A stretch of DNA of 57,742 nt, counting the filler, from Dimargaris cristalligena (taxonomy: Eukaryota): assembly GCA_003614675.1 (NCBI GenBank). It is 5 parts of 5 records of this genome, joined end to end, with 100 filler letters (N's around TTAATTAATTAA, not from the genome) between each part and the next. Parts side by side here need not be neighbours in the genome. Positions count along the whole stretch, not along the records: positions 1 to 11,513 come from ML003109.1; positions 11,614 to 23,101 come from ML003110.1; 3 more parts are not named here. One strand, given 5' to 3'. Below, in pieces: positions 1-12,397 of this stretch. Position numbers and translations under genes: made by a program. Every line of letters starts with the position of its first letter. Positions within the stretch are counted from its first letter, which is position 1. The notes under the pieces are model-generated. The model made no database searches, was not told the DNA's origin, and saw only the letters and a program-made list of their open reading frames with translations.

Positions 1-320
1 CACCCTTGCAAGCCCTGGGGTTCGCGTCGCCCCAACCAACGCGACGGGGGCGGGGTAATCTCCACCCGGACCGAGGGTAAGGAACCCGAATCGGAATCGG
101 ATTCCGAACCAGACCCGGAACGGGTGGCTGGTGGGGCCGCCGCCGGTCGGATTCGTTTAGGTGGGGATTCGGTGGACTGCGTCGGGACGGTGGAATCGGC
201 CACTTGGGCATGTCGGTCGGGGGCTAGAGGCGAAGCGGGAGGCTGGGGCCCTGGGCCCATGCGTCGGTTACGACGGGCGTAGGTCGTAATGACCTTACTA
301 CGACCAAATTGACCGGACAT
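1..320 (-). CDS. 5' part of a gene running off the contig edge; low-complexity N-terminus with a TYARR motif (WAPL/haspin-like?)
   Basis: ATG at 320 in a GCC-ATG context. Frame is open to position 1: MSGQFGRSKVITTYARRNRRMGPGPQPPASPLAP...SGSGSESDSDSGS. GC-rich coding-like composition. Confidence 0.6.
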   Translation of the reverse strand, partial: MSGQFGRSKVITTYARRNRRMGPGPQPPASPLAPDRHAQVADSTVPTQSTESPPKRIRPAAAPPATRSGSGSESDSDSGSLPSVRVEITPPPSRWLGRREPQGLQG

Positions 321-1211
321 GGCGGTGTTGCGGGAAAATGTATAAATGCAACTACGGTAGGGTGTAAGGGGAGCCTTTTTGTTTAACAACGAGGGTGATG
401 GTTGACTGGTCGATGGATAGTAACAAAAAAGGGGGTGAATTGGGTAGGGGTAGCTAGTTAGTTACCAACCCCACTGTGCCACAGAAAAGGCAGACCGGCA
501 AGGAACGAGGGGTGTAACATGTATAGAAGGACCGGCCACTAATGGAAAAGTAGTACGGGTTGGTATGGCTAATAGAAACAGCAGTGGCACTAAACGGAAA
601 GCAAACCAGACCGAACCTTCTCTGTCCTCGTTCCAACAGGAAACTACACAACCTTCGGAGTATCGTACATTATTCCTCTAATAGCACAATGATAATTTGG
701 CTGTTAAATTGCGTGGCGATTAATCAGAGTATGACCGAGGGGGAGGGCCACATATATCCAAGGGTAAATAGAGAAAAATGCCCTAGGGGAAAGACCTGAT
801 ACTCAGCCTGTGACTAGAATGATTGTTCCATTTTGATGGCAATATCTCCTTCGTTATGCTCTGTGCCAGGGAAATCAAATGGCTGGTTAATATACCAATA
901 GGATAATTATCCAAACTTTACACATCCATTAACAATAAAGAAAGCAATACGCCGGTCTTGGCAGTTGGGCGAAGTAGCCCCCTCCCACCTTTAATGACCA
1001 TCTATCACATCCCAATAGATTATCTGCTTTGGAATTTAGATTCACGGACTTCTCAGTGTGATTTATTATAATTACAAGATCTGAGGTCTAATGTCCTTCT
1101 ATAGCCTGGCTATTTGACGGAGCGTTTACCAAGTGGTCGGCCAAAATTACCCACCTCCAGTATGCTCACCGAAGTCGGGAATGGATTCGGGGGAGGTTCA
1201 GCCTTTCCTAA

Positions 1212-2693
1212 TCAGGCGTTCGAAAGGTCCACCTTCTTCAACTCCGGAAACGGATTCATATTACTAAGTACGAATATGCTTCTTTCGTGCGACAAGTACC
1301 CCTTGACCAGCCCTTTGGAAATCATGCTAGCCATTAGACACTCGGCTTCGCACATTTCCACATCGAGTCCGGCTAGCTCGAGTGCCTTCAAAAAGTTTTG
1401 GAACGGCAGGCGACTAGACTTACCACATACCAAATAGGTCTTTTTAAGCAGGGTGCGAAGGGCGATGATCCGGGTCTCTTCCAGGGCCAGGTAGGTGCCC
1501 TGCTTGAGCAATAGTCTTTCGTGGTTCACTAGTCCCTGGTCGAACAGGTGGACATTGCCCGTCCGCAGGGCCGTGCAAAACGGTTGGAACAGGGCCCGCA
1601 CGCGGGGGAACCGGTCCAGCAGGGCGGTAGACGGTAAAGCCGCCCGGTGCATCGCGGCCGGGATCAGATGCCACAGAATCCGTTCCTTGTTGGACTGGGC
1701 CTTGGCCGGGCAGCTCGTAAAGGCGAACAAGAGGTGCGCTTCCGCGACCAAGAGGTCGCCCCGGTAAAAGTCCAGCAACCCCTGGTAGTAGCGGTACTTA
1801 ATCTGGTGGGCCAAGGGGAATTTCTCCAAGGGGGGCAAATCAGTCGTTTGAAGGGTATTAGTCACACTGGAGCAGAGATTGCGGGTCTTCAACCGGAAGT
1901 AGAGTTGGAAGAGTAAGCCCGCTAGGAAATAAACCCCCCACTTGCGGGATTGGCTACGGACCATCTCCCGGTCGTTGGCACAAATGCTAAATGCCCGGTT
2001 GACCAGGCGTGCGGCATCCTCGAGTTTACCGGTTTTGTCGCCCCGTTCGGCAAGCTGGGCGTCGGCCTAGATGATCGAATATATATATATATATATAATT
2101 AGAGAGAGAGAGAGAAAGAGAGGGGGGGACAGTATGAGTAAGAAATCGGGGGGAATAACAGGCCAAACCAACCCCATACTAAAATACAATATGAGAAGGG
2201 GGGTCGTTCTGGGCACGGCCACGGAAAACCACAGCCAGGAATCTGGGCCATGAATGAAACAAAATGAAGAGGAGCCTGCTACACCGAACGACATCACCTA
2301 AAAAAAATTAGCCACGTCGCTCCCACCTACTTTAATCGCCAATTGGGAAAGTTCCCGGTTCACCACAAATACCACTGGGAGAAACGCGCGGGTCAGCGAA
2401 GGTAACAGCCGGTTCAGGATAATCTCAAACTGCGCGCGTTTGTCGTACGCTTCCACGAAGTCGCCTCGGGCGATGGCCGCCAAAGTGTCAAACTGCAGAA
2501 CGGTCAAGTCATTCCACGGCGCCATGGCAATCTCCTGGCGGATGGCCGAGGCATAGTCGATGCGGTTCTGTTGGCAGTCTTCGTAGCTGCTGATCACCCG
2601 CGGTTGGCTCAGGTCCAAATAGCCGCTCAATTTGTCGCCGGCCTCATTGATGAGGTGTTTGCTCAATTTGTGAATGAACGTGTCGAATTTCAT
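1212..2693 (-). CDS. CSN12: PCI-domain protein PCID2/CSN12/Thp1 family, 2 exons (2693-2331, 2066-1212), ~405 aa
   Basis: GTAGGT...CTAG phase-0 intron joins LAIK|ADAQL. Motifs LEDAARLVNRAFSIC, SRKWGVYF, YRYYQG, and a C-terminal PCI winged helix ECLMASMISKGLVKGYLSHE...VLS..NPFP. Confidence 0.88.
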
Positions 2694-3922
2694 GGGAGCG
2701 GATCACAAAATATAAATGGAATAGGGAAGTCTTCCACTCGGTAGAAACGCGGCAATTGCGGGCTGTAGGGACTAGCAATGTCAATTCAGATGAGTAATGT
2801 TTAAACAGAAACCAAACAGATGAGATACTCGACGGATAGATAAAAAATGTATAAACGGCTTGGAAATATTTCACAAAAGAAGCGTAAGGCAAGTGGAAGA
2901 CTGAGGGATTCTCCTCGGCCACTCTATTAGGCCCCAGCCCTTCTAATCACGCTGGGTTTACAGTCAATCCTAGTAAACCGATTTTATATTGCAGTGTAAG
3001 AGACCGGTGGTGATTTCAGCAACAGTACCCTAAAAAAAAGGTGTATGGAAGGTCTAAATCTCGTGCTATACTCTATACTATATGGACGATATATCACTAG
3101 TATTCGGTTTTATAATTTTTATTTTGCAACTACAAACAACTATACATACGAAAATAGGTCAGAAAAAAGAACTAAAGTAAACAGGAAAGAACGGAAAATG
3201 AGAAAGGCAAAATAGAATAAATGGGAAAAAGACCATACAACATAAAAAGGTAGGGAAAAACAGCAGCAAGAATGGTAGAATATAAAATGAGGATATGCGG
3301 ATGCCAGAATCGATTGATAGAAAATCCATAATGGCACTAAAAAGGAGGGGAGGAAAATGAGTTAGACAGTAAGCGATATAAATGTAGCAAGTCAATGGCG
3401 GTCGTTTCTCATCACAGGCTGGGGGTTGAAAATGCAGAACATTCAGGTGGAATTAATGGGTGGGGCATGGGTATAGGTTGATTAAGCAAAGACAAAGAAG
3501 CAGAGGATTGTGCGGAGGGATCGTCCCTGGAATAATGCAACCTTCCACTCCAGACGGAGCTTAGCAGAAACAGTTCGTTGGGATTAGACGGCTAGTTACC
3601 TGGGCCCGAGACAGCCGAAGGCAGGGGGGCTAAAAGGGACAATAGGTCCATTCCCCTCTAGAAGGAAGCATCCCACCCGATTAGCAGCGGAATTGGCGTG
3701 GTGGGGAATAGGCAGATAAAGTGCAACTATTCACTGGTGGTGCCCTTAGCCCCGCGCATAGCCGAGGGGACGTTACTTCGATATCAACGAGCTGAATTCG
3801 TGGCAGGCGAATGCAGACATAGATAGCCTTGGTTAAACCTTAACCGCTTCCGAACAAGTCTACGGCAGTAGACATCCTGTAAAAACCGGGGAGAGGCGAG
3901 CGAATGATAAACTCTGGGAGAT

Positions 3923-6368
3923 CTATCCACTCTTGGGGCGTTTGGGAGAATCTAACGAGGCCGATGTAATGATGATACATATATATAAACAGTGGTTAAG
4001 GACATCAATTAAACATTAGTAACCGAAACAGTTTAACGTTGTGGTCTGCATGTACCACATGTTCCTTCGGACATGGTGGTTTCTAGACAATCCATACACA
4101 CACTATAGTGGATTTCAAGCTACAGATAAAATAATCTAGAGAAATAAGTTAAAGGCACTTACCTGATCCGATAGCATGTACCAACTCGGTCTCTTCAAAC
4201 GATCGCTTGGTTGAGAGATCACCTTCGTCTTCCACCACCCGAAACTCCTTGGTCGAAGCCTCTGCAATACCAATCCCAACCATTTCACCAATATCGATGA
4301 CTGGGAAGTACATTGGCACGATATTGAGTCCCGGCGTCAAGCTACCTGCCGGCTTCCCTACTTCCAAGTCCTCGTCGTCGCCAAAACTGATAAGGCTTGC
4401 TTGATCATCTTCTAGGGGAGCTCCCATCCAAGCGTGTATATCGAAGTCCGTGGAAGGAGACTTAAGAAGTTTAGCGAAAGTGGAATTCTTAGACTGGGCT
4501 GTCTCCTGTGTAAACGCCGGTGAATGCGGCTCCGCTATTTCAACCGAGGAAACGGTAAGTTCAGGGACGGGGACTTTCCCTGACTCGTATTTTGGCACTA
4601 TTGCCTCGACAGTCACTTCATTCACTGGGACATCAGCAACGGCCAAGGCACCAATTTCTACCGGGGCCTCAGTAACTTGCTCGACATGGAGTTCTGTCTC
4701 ATCCTCGTCGTCCGAATACCCGACCTCATCATCGTCGTGATCAGCAATCGATAAGGTAGCCTCGCCAATGTCGTGATCAGCCGGTGGTAAAGTAGCCTCA
4801 GCACTGACATGGTCAAAACCTGGTAAGGCAGCCTCATTGTCGTTTTCAATCGGTTCGGCTGAATGGGCAACCGCGTCAATCACGGGCTCATCGAGAAGGG
4901 ATACGTCCACAGTCAAATCGGGGTCGATTCCATCAATGAACGAATCAATTTCACCATCTTCAATCGCTACCGAGGGATGTTCCCCCGTAGAAACGGGCTG
5001 AACTGATTCCCTAGAAACGGCCTCGGCCGCCGAATCCACGAGGCCGTTGGCTGTAGTATAAGAGTGCGACGTGACGGATGAGCGCAAATCAGATTCGATG
5101 AGGTCGTGCGCCGATTCCGGATCCTCCATATTGGCATCTAGGAATGCACGACAGTTCCACAGGCCCAAATGTATGTAAGTTAAGGTGGTTAGGTAACCGA
5201 GGGGGGGAGGTAAAGAGCCTCGGATGTGGTGAAGCCTGATTATTAATCAATAGGGAGTACGTATATGGGGAGAATAAAAATAAAGAGATACCTACCCGTT
5301 GCACTGTATTCGCCGGCCCAGGGGTTGGCCACCTCCAGTTCCTTCCCAGGATGAACTATTGCAGGAGGTTCGGTATGTTCTTCACCCAGGGATTCGTGAA
5401 CTGAATTGCCTTCAGTCGACTCTTCCGATAGCTCCCCACTACCTTCATGGGACAATTCGTAGAGTAATTCATCGTCCATATACTGCTCTTCTATCGAGCC
5501 ATCGTCGATGGATACGGCCTCGGGAATCACCACCACTTGCCCCGGGACCATGGCCTGGATGTCTAGGATTCGGCGCTCCACCGAAGGACTGTCCTCCACG
5601 TTCACAGTGAACGTATCCAACCAGTCAGCCGATTGGGTCACGTTTCCGGCCTGGTGGACGTAGGTCAGGTAGTGCATCTCCCATAGCTGCTGCAGGGAGA
5701 CGGATATTACGTGTTTGGAGTCCTCCCGGATGGTAAAATCAATCATCGGAAACTCCAGGGTCAGATCGTTGGGACCCAAGTAAAGGTCTAATTTGAGGTA
5801 ACGGATAAGGCAGTCGAGAGAGGAAACCCACCAATCCACCTGGTGCAGGTCAGCCAGGGTTAACGATTGGTCATAGCCCATCAAGTTGCTAAGGGTGCGG
5901 TAGTTATCGGAGTACCGGAAGTGGAACTCAACTTTAGTGTTGTCGGGAATGACCATCTCGGGCGAGGGTGTGACATATTCAGCACTGTGTAAGCCACTTT
6001 CATCAGTGGAGGTGGGGAGGTCGGCAGTGTACTCCTGGCCAACGGTTTCTAAAAGGAGTAGGTAAAAAGAGTAACAATGGTGACATGGAGTTAGCGATGA
6101 TTATTCGGGAAGGAATTATCTAAAAGGTGAGAAGTCCGAATGTCCGTCTAAACCATAGTGAGTACTAGGGTGTAAAAAGGGTACGTGGCCAACATTGGTA
6201 CTTACCTCCGTCTTCTAGTTCATATAGGGGTGCGGGGTCGGCAGTTTCGACCACTGGGGCGAAGTCAACCGTGACATTCTCTTCGAGGGCAGGCTGTTCA
6301 TGCGGAAGAGCGGATGTGGGGTGGATTCCCATCATATCGACGGAATCCATGGCGGCTGCGTCGGACAT
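3923..6368 (-). CDS. Highly acidic, probably nuclear protein, DUF2420/Rmr1-like; 4 exons (6368-6206, 6048-5296, 5137-4163, 3951-3923), ~639 aa
   Basis: Three phase-1 GT-AG introns keep the frame. The only globular segment (LADLH..SLDCLIRYLK..DLTLEFPMIDFTIREDS...VSLQQLWEMH) resembles fungal DUF2420 from memory. The spliced C-terminus KRSFEE...DSPKRPKSG* forms a bipartite NLS-like signal. The last exon is the best of several candidates. Confidence 0.6.
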
Positions 6369-7441
6369 ACCTAAAAGAGGGGATACAGGATATATAGATG
6401 GAAATATATAGCAGAGCAAACCAGAATACTTACACGGCGATAGGTGATATGCGGGTGAAACTATACCCAGAAAAGCTTGCTGAACAAATGTGCAAATATA
6501 TATATATATATATATGTATGATGGGGAAAATGAAGACGTCAACGGACCCCGGAGCTAAAGGATACCGAGAAAAAAGGTGGGGTGTTTCGAACCGCAAGTT
6601 GAATGAACCTCACACAATATTAGAGACGGAAGTATGGATTGAACGAGTTAGTAGCGGGCGAATAAAAATAAAAAATAAAAAGAGAAAACGTCCGCTGCAG
6701 GTCTTTGACGGCAGTTGATGGCTCCAAGACTAGTTTTTGCGAGGTCCCGAGGAAATCATAAGGGTGTTGTAGTATACTGGTTCGGAATCGTGAAGCGCGG
6801 AGTATTGGGTCTAATGGAAGGTGAGCTTCAGTGGCTGGATAGGTAGGCTTGGCAAGTGGGTTGAAGCAAGAACAGGAACCCCGAGGCTGGTTCGGGTTGG
6901 GAACTGAAACAGGGGCGGGCAGTAGAAAGTCGGCGAGGAAAAGAGGGAGAGTGAGTTGCAGGCTAGGCACTGAGACCAATGGAATGCATAAGAGATGTTA
7001 AAAAGAGAATGAAAGAAAAGGGAAGAGAAGAGGTTAAACCGAATGTGCCATGCCCAAAAGGTCGCACAAATAGTCCACCAGGAATAACCTCCCGTTGGAG
7101 GTGGTGTGATAAGTCCCACATCCAACAGTGTATGCAGTTTTTTTCCCCCGTGTATATGCTTCTTGGGTATAGCGGTATCTCTCCTACATGCTTGTTCCAA
7201 ATTCTTCGCAAACTTCTGACACTTGCAATTGTATGCGTACACCACTAATAGACAGGGAAGCGTCTGTCCTATTTGGTTGTTTCGGTGCCTACAGCGTTTA
7301 TCGTAATCTGGACTAGGCGGATCAGCTAGCCTCCTGATTCCCTGTTAGTCCTATGTTGGGTTACCCCTATATAATATTAAACCGCATTCTTTGTACGATA
7401 CCACCACCTGACGACTCCCCCCACAGTATAAACTTTTACCC

Positions 7442-7927
7442 ATGGCTGAACCGTCTGACAGTAAAGATTCCGTCATTTTCATGACCCAGGCCGAATTGGA
7501 GGCCGTTCCTTTAGTGGATCGGGAACCGGATGTATCCCCCGCTCCCTCGTCGTCCGCCCCCGCCTCGCCTCCCCAGGCCTACGATCCCGCGACCGGTGAG
7601 ATCAACTGGGACTGTCCTTGCCTAGGTGGCATGGCCACCGACGGCCCCTGTGCCGAGGCCTTCCGCGAGTCCTTTTCCTGTTTTGTTTACTCCAAAACCG
7701 ACCCCCAGGGTATAGACTGTGTCGATAAATTCACCTCCATGCAGGACTGTTTCGCTGCCCATCCCGAATATTACGCTGACCTGAGCGAAGCCGACGCCGA
7801 AATTGATGAAGATGAGGACGAAAACGAGAGTGAGAACGAGGGGCAGGATCAGGATGCCCATCAGGCGTTTCCATCCAGCGAACCGACATCACCGCAGCAG
7901 CCTGGGGAGGCATCCTCCACAAAATAA
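7442..7927 (+). CDS. MIA40: Mitochondrial intermembrane-space import oxidoreductase Mia40/CHCHD4, short soluble form
   Basis: [14 protein letters not shown] catalytic CPC motif; twin CX9C ([22 protein letters not shown]); HPEYY; acidic tail. Confidence 0.95.
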   Translation: MAEPSDSKDSVIFMTQAELEAVPLVDREPDVSPAPSSSAPASPPQAYDPATGEINWDCPCLGGMATDGPCAEAFRESFSCFVYSKTDPQGIDCVDKFTSMQDCFAAHPEYYADLSEADAEIDEDEDENESENEGQDQDAHQAFPSSEPTSPQQPGEASSTK

Positions 7928-8195
7928 AGATATACTAAATTCAGCGATAGTTTTATTATTTGGTTTATGATACGACAAAAACTATTCAGTTGTATAATCC
8001 GCTGTGTGTACAAGCTGAAATAATGATACACCCAATATACCGGGCCATACACTCATAACTTTCGCCTTTCAATTATTATGGTTTACTTGAATCGAGATTG
8101 TAAATATATTATATTTTAATTGCAGAGTGATTACTAATTAGTACAAATCAAGTCAACCTTCGCTTGGAAAACGTAAAAGAGGCGACGGGTTCACA

Positions 8196-9800
8196 TTAAT
8201 CCTTGCAGTGTTTCTTCGCATCGCACTGGTAAATGTCCCCGATGGCGTTGATGAATCGGGCATAGTGGCACAGTCCGCTGTTGGAGTCACACCCTTCAAT
8301 TTGGGGCACCACTATCTCTTCGTTATGAAGTACCCGGAAATAATAGTCGCCGGACCCGCTGGATTCACCATGGCGCCGGACGCGGTCTCTATGGACATGG
8401 TCGTGGCTGACGGCCGGGCTCTGATCCGTCCCTTCGCACTCGTACAGCTCGAAGGCAAAGTTGGAGGCAAAGGGAGCCATTTCCGATGATTTGAAGAGCC
8501 GGCTTTGAATGAATGACAGAGGCTTGTCGCCGGTCAGATCGGGGTCTCCCTGGTTCAGCCGAAGGATACGGTTAAGCAGCATAATGCCGGCTGAATGGCC
8601 AAACCAAAATCGCACGCGGGGGCAGACCTGGTCCAACGAGTTCGGCGTGGGCGACCCTTCTTCGTTATGGGGATGGCGGCGGCCCATGGTGTGATCGGCT
8701 TCGTGGTCCTGGCAGAGGCGCATGTCATCCATCAGTTGGGTGAACAGTGCGCACCCCGCATACGGGGCCACGCCGTTGGGACCCACTGAGCCATAGCCGT
8801 ACGCCAGAACATCCTCCAGATCACTCCAGTAGTCTAAGATATCCAAATCCGCCTCGTGTCCTTCGAAGAGAGAGCACAGGGTGTGTCCCGGCCGGGGGGA
8901 GGCATTTTCGTACGAGCACATTCGATAAATTCGGTGGACTTCGTCGGCGGTGATATCGGGGTAGGCCAGAATGTCGCCCAGGCGTTTTTTCATATCGACC
9001 ATGGAGTGCTCCTCCAATAACTGACGCTGTTCGGCCAGATAACTGGCGATGGGACCACTAGCGAGGGCGGTATCATAGCGTGGGCACTTGCCGTCCATGT
9101 CTAGCAAACTGTCGGACTTGTGACGCAACATGTCGAATACGTAATCGTCCCGGAAGAGAGGGTCCACCTTGGTAGCCCCGCGAATCAGGTCAAATAGACG
9201 GTGTTGGAAGATGGTGGCCGACTCAACAGTCCGGTTATAGTCGGATGATGTGGCCCGCCACACCCACGGGGTATCCTCAGTGGAGGCATACATCTGGGGC
9301 CATAAATTAGCGTAGCGGTGGAACACCCGCCTGGCCAAAAGGTCCAAGTCCCGGCGACCTTGGGTCGTTAGTGCCGATACCCCAGTGGGGTAGGAGGGCT
9401 GGTACGTATTCAACCAGGCCCAGTCCCCCTGGGGCCCCTGGGGCTCGGGTTGGGTTTTCCAATGGGCCTGTAGTTTGGCCAGCAGCTCGTCGCCGGACTC
9501 GGCCCCGTGCTGGTTAGGATTGCGGGTACCGTGCCGAAAGAGCATTTGAATCTGGCGGAGTTGGCAGTGCTCTCCAACGGGGTTAGCGGTTAAGGCCTGT
9601 TGGGCCCGGGCATGGGCATAGGGACTCTTGGTCCCGAAAGGTAACCGGCGGGGCTCGGTGGGGTTAATGGGCCGCTCCGGGGAAATGACCGGGGCGCCAC
9701 CCTGGTTAAGCACCAGGGTGGTGAAGTAGAATAGGGACAGACTGCCGAAAGCCAGTCCCCCTAGAATTAGGGACCGGCGGAATTCCGAGTCGATAGCCAT
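8196..9800 (-). CDS. Histidine acid phosphatase (clade 2), MINPP1/phytase-like, with N-terminal membrane anchor
   Basis: FGTKSPY; RHGTRNP (RHGxRxP); RTVESA; MCSYE; APFASNFAFELYEC; RVLHNE; hydrophobic residues 11-31. Confidence 0.88.
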   Translation of the reverse strand: MAIDSEFRRSLILGGLAFGSLSLFYFTTLVLNQGGAPVISPERPINPTEPRRLPFGTKSPYAHARAQQALTANPVGEHCQLRQIQMLFRHGTRNPNQHGAESGDELLAKLQAHWKTQPEPQGPQGDWAWLNTYQPSYPTGVSALTTQGRRDLDLLARRVFHRYANLWPQMYASTEDTPWVWRATSSDYNRTVESATIFQHRLFDLIRGATKVDPLFRDDYVFDMLRHKSDSLLDMDGKCPRYDTALASGPIASYLAEQRQLLEEHSMVDMKKRLGDILAYPDITADEVHRIYRMCSYENASPRPGHTLCSLFEGHEADLDILDYWSDLEDVLAYGYGSVGPNGVAPYAGCALFTQLMDDMRLCQDHEADHTMGRRHPHNEEGSPTPNSLDQVCPRVRFWFGHSAGIMLLNRILRLNQGDPDLTGDKPLSFIQSRLFKSSEMAPFASNFAFELYECEGTDQSPAVSHDHVHRDRVRRHGESSGSGDYYFRVLHNEEIVVPQIEGCDSNSGLCHYARFINAIGDIYQCDAKKHCKD

Positions 9801-11513
9801 GGGTACAAGAGGGGAGAGAGTATAATGATATACTTTAACTAGAGACTAGAGCAAAATGGACCAGGGTGACTAATAGGAAACTGGGAAGGTGCTTGAAACC
9901 GGGAAGTAAAAAACGAACCAGGATAGTCAGTAGGACAGGAAAACGCGGTAGACGCCGTGTACCCAATGGTTAATAGCGCGGGGATCTAAATTAGTATGGC
10001 AAGTTCCCGAGTAAGATCTACGTCATACGATCTCCAGTGGTGGAAAAGATTGGGATGTGCGGGTGGGTTGAATAAGCGGAATACTTAGCGAGAATACGGG
10101 TCGAAAATTGGGCTTGCTTTTATATGCCAAACGGCTTGAACATTGGGTAAGCAGCATGTCCTGTTGCATTTATGCAGCAAGAAGCCATCCCGAGTGTGCT
10201 CGCAGTGCCCAGAGCACAGGGGTGGTTATATTCCCCTGGGCCGAACCATGTGCCTTTCAAACTTCAGCTGACTGGGGGGTTTTTAACTAGCGAAACAACA
10301 TACCGGTAGGCGATGCACAGCTACGCCCCCAACGCTCAAAAAGCTTAAACGAATCGACTCCCTGCACACTGTCTAGCATACGCCTTGTTTTTCAGCCACG
10401 ATTTCGCTCTGGAACAAATAGTCAATAAGGTTGCGGCATCATAGGCCATTCTCCGCCATGTACCACTCGATCCTCCCACGTGGTTTCCTTTACGGTGCTT
10501 ATTAAATGGCAAAAACCACACACCCTCTCGTCCCGGTGGAAAGTTGACCTGGCGATAACCACCGATTCTGACCACGATGCATCTCGTACGGTAGAGCTGT
10601 GCTCGGCATGTGGATGTACTATCGAAGGTATGGAGTGGCTGATACAACTACACCAATTCAAATTAAGCTGATTGGGCCCACGCGCGAATGATAGATAGTA
10701 CTTCAGGAAACGACTATATTCTGCGTAGCCCCAGAGTACTATTGAGACCCTGGATTAACCGACAATTGTCACATCGCACCAACCCCAACCTGATAAAAGT
10801 GTTGGCACAGATCACCCGATGGAAAAACCCAACATCAGTAGGGTTCTCGCTGGCGTAACTGACTGCTTTTATCATGCGAGAAAAGGGGCTAACAGATAGG
10901 AGTCTCATGTTGTTGCCCTGGCAGTCAAACAAGCTCCGTGGTCATATGGGCTACATGGCCCTGGGCAACAGTAGGGAACTACACTTGGATAACTCCTCCG
11001 ATAGAAATTCAGTTGCCTACAGCGTGGTTTAGGGGCAGCCGCACAGTCATTCGAAAGGAACGAGGCAGGTTTAAAGGTTCGTCCATATCTCTTTAGAGCT
11101 CATTACAGGAGCTATCATGGTACCATCGAGTCCATTGGCCTGCTCCTTCGAATGGCCATATATCCCATATTGCTGAGCTGGAGTCGAGCCCAGTACAAAA
11201 GCTCGGATAGGCTCATTGGCAGCGGTAAGACATTCAAAGTGGCTAACCCGTGCGACACCAAAAATTAATTCACGGAGAAAAAATGACACCCTGGACGTAT
11301 TATGCGCTATTATGGGTGGTTGCCGGGCTAATATATCAAGCCGTTGCTGGACTAACCATCGATGGTATAAATAGCTAAAAGAACTGATTCACCACCAACA
11401 TAGAACCCAAGCCACCCCATACGGCAAACATTCAGTGACATTTATCATCAATGCTAGTACCGAAGCCAATGAATCGGAAAATGAGGGTAGTTCTTCTAGT
11501 AATAACCTACACA

Positions 11514-11613
11514 NNNNNNNNNNNNNNNNNNNNNNNNNNNNNNNNNNNNNNNNNNNNTTAATTAATTAANNNNNNNNNNNNNNNNNNNNNNNNNNNNNNN
11601 NNNNNNNNNNNNN
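11514..11613. other. Artificial contig-joining spacer
   Basis: N44-TTAATTAATTAA-N44; the linker has stops in all six frames. Confidence 0.97.
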
Positions 11614-11965
11614 ATACGAATGCTATTGTAATGTCAGCTACGTCACAAAAATGTATGCAAAGGAATTGTGAGGAAGCTATGATAAATGACTTCGTTGACA
11701 ATACATCAACAATAAGGGGATCTCAAGTAATTCATCGCAGCAATGATGAAATTCAAATCCGCCGCTGTAGACGTTGGCATGATAAAGAAAGCTAAAAATA
11801 TATCCAAAAAATAAGCCATAAGCTGTGTTTGGCACCAATTGTTGGCAATCAACCATGGCATACCAGACGGCAGTGCACAGCAGCGATACGGAAGGCCGTG
11901 TTAATTTCTAGTGATGAATCTGATAGTGGATCCCGTTTTAATCATGGTAACAATACGATTGGCCA

Positions 11966-12397
11966 TTAAGGACACGGCGTGTATAAAGCAATTACTTCCT
12001 TCATGGCTGCAGTGAAGTCTTCATAAAATTTTGTCATGCTCTCTTTGTCCCAGGCGATAAAAGACGTTTCTTGTCCATGACAGTCGATAAGTGCTAATCT
12101 GTCCCATTCTTCTACAAAGCCCCGTACATCATCTTTGAAATATACCACGACCGGTGTATAACCCAGATTTAAATCGGCCAACAGATCTGCGGGTTCCATA
12201 CGGGCCCATATAAAGACTACACGACCATTATCCTTGATCATCATTTCGTAGTTTGGTGGATCGGTAGAGCATGCTTCGGTGTCTTCACTTAAATAGGGAT
12301 ACAAGCATTTGAAACTGGCAAAATATACAGTCCCTTTACGCAGTGGATAAGGCTCCCTCCTCTTCCAGATTGCCAACGGATAAAAGTTAACTATCAT
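11966..12397 (-). CDS. Hypothetical 143-aa protein, possibly PH-superfold
   Basis: AAA-ATG start (MIVNFYPLAIWKRRE). Probable 5'UTR intron (GTAAGC at 12579 to CAG near 12442). Beta-rich pattern ending in a helix (SFIAWDKESMTKFYEDFTAAM). Confidence 0.5.
   Translation of the reverse strand: MIVNFYPLAIWKRREPYPLRKGTVYFASFKCLYPYLSEDTEACSTDPPNYEMMIKDNGRVVFIWARMEPADLLADLNLGYTPVVVYFKDDVRGFVEEWDRLALIDCHGQETSFIAWDKESMTKFYEDFTAAMKEVIALYTPCP

Noticed and set aside
2077..2122. (TA)n and (GA)n tracts here and in other introns or UTRs
   Set aside because: Ordinary microsatellites.
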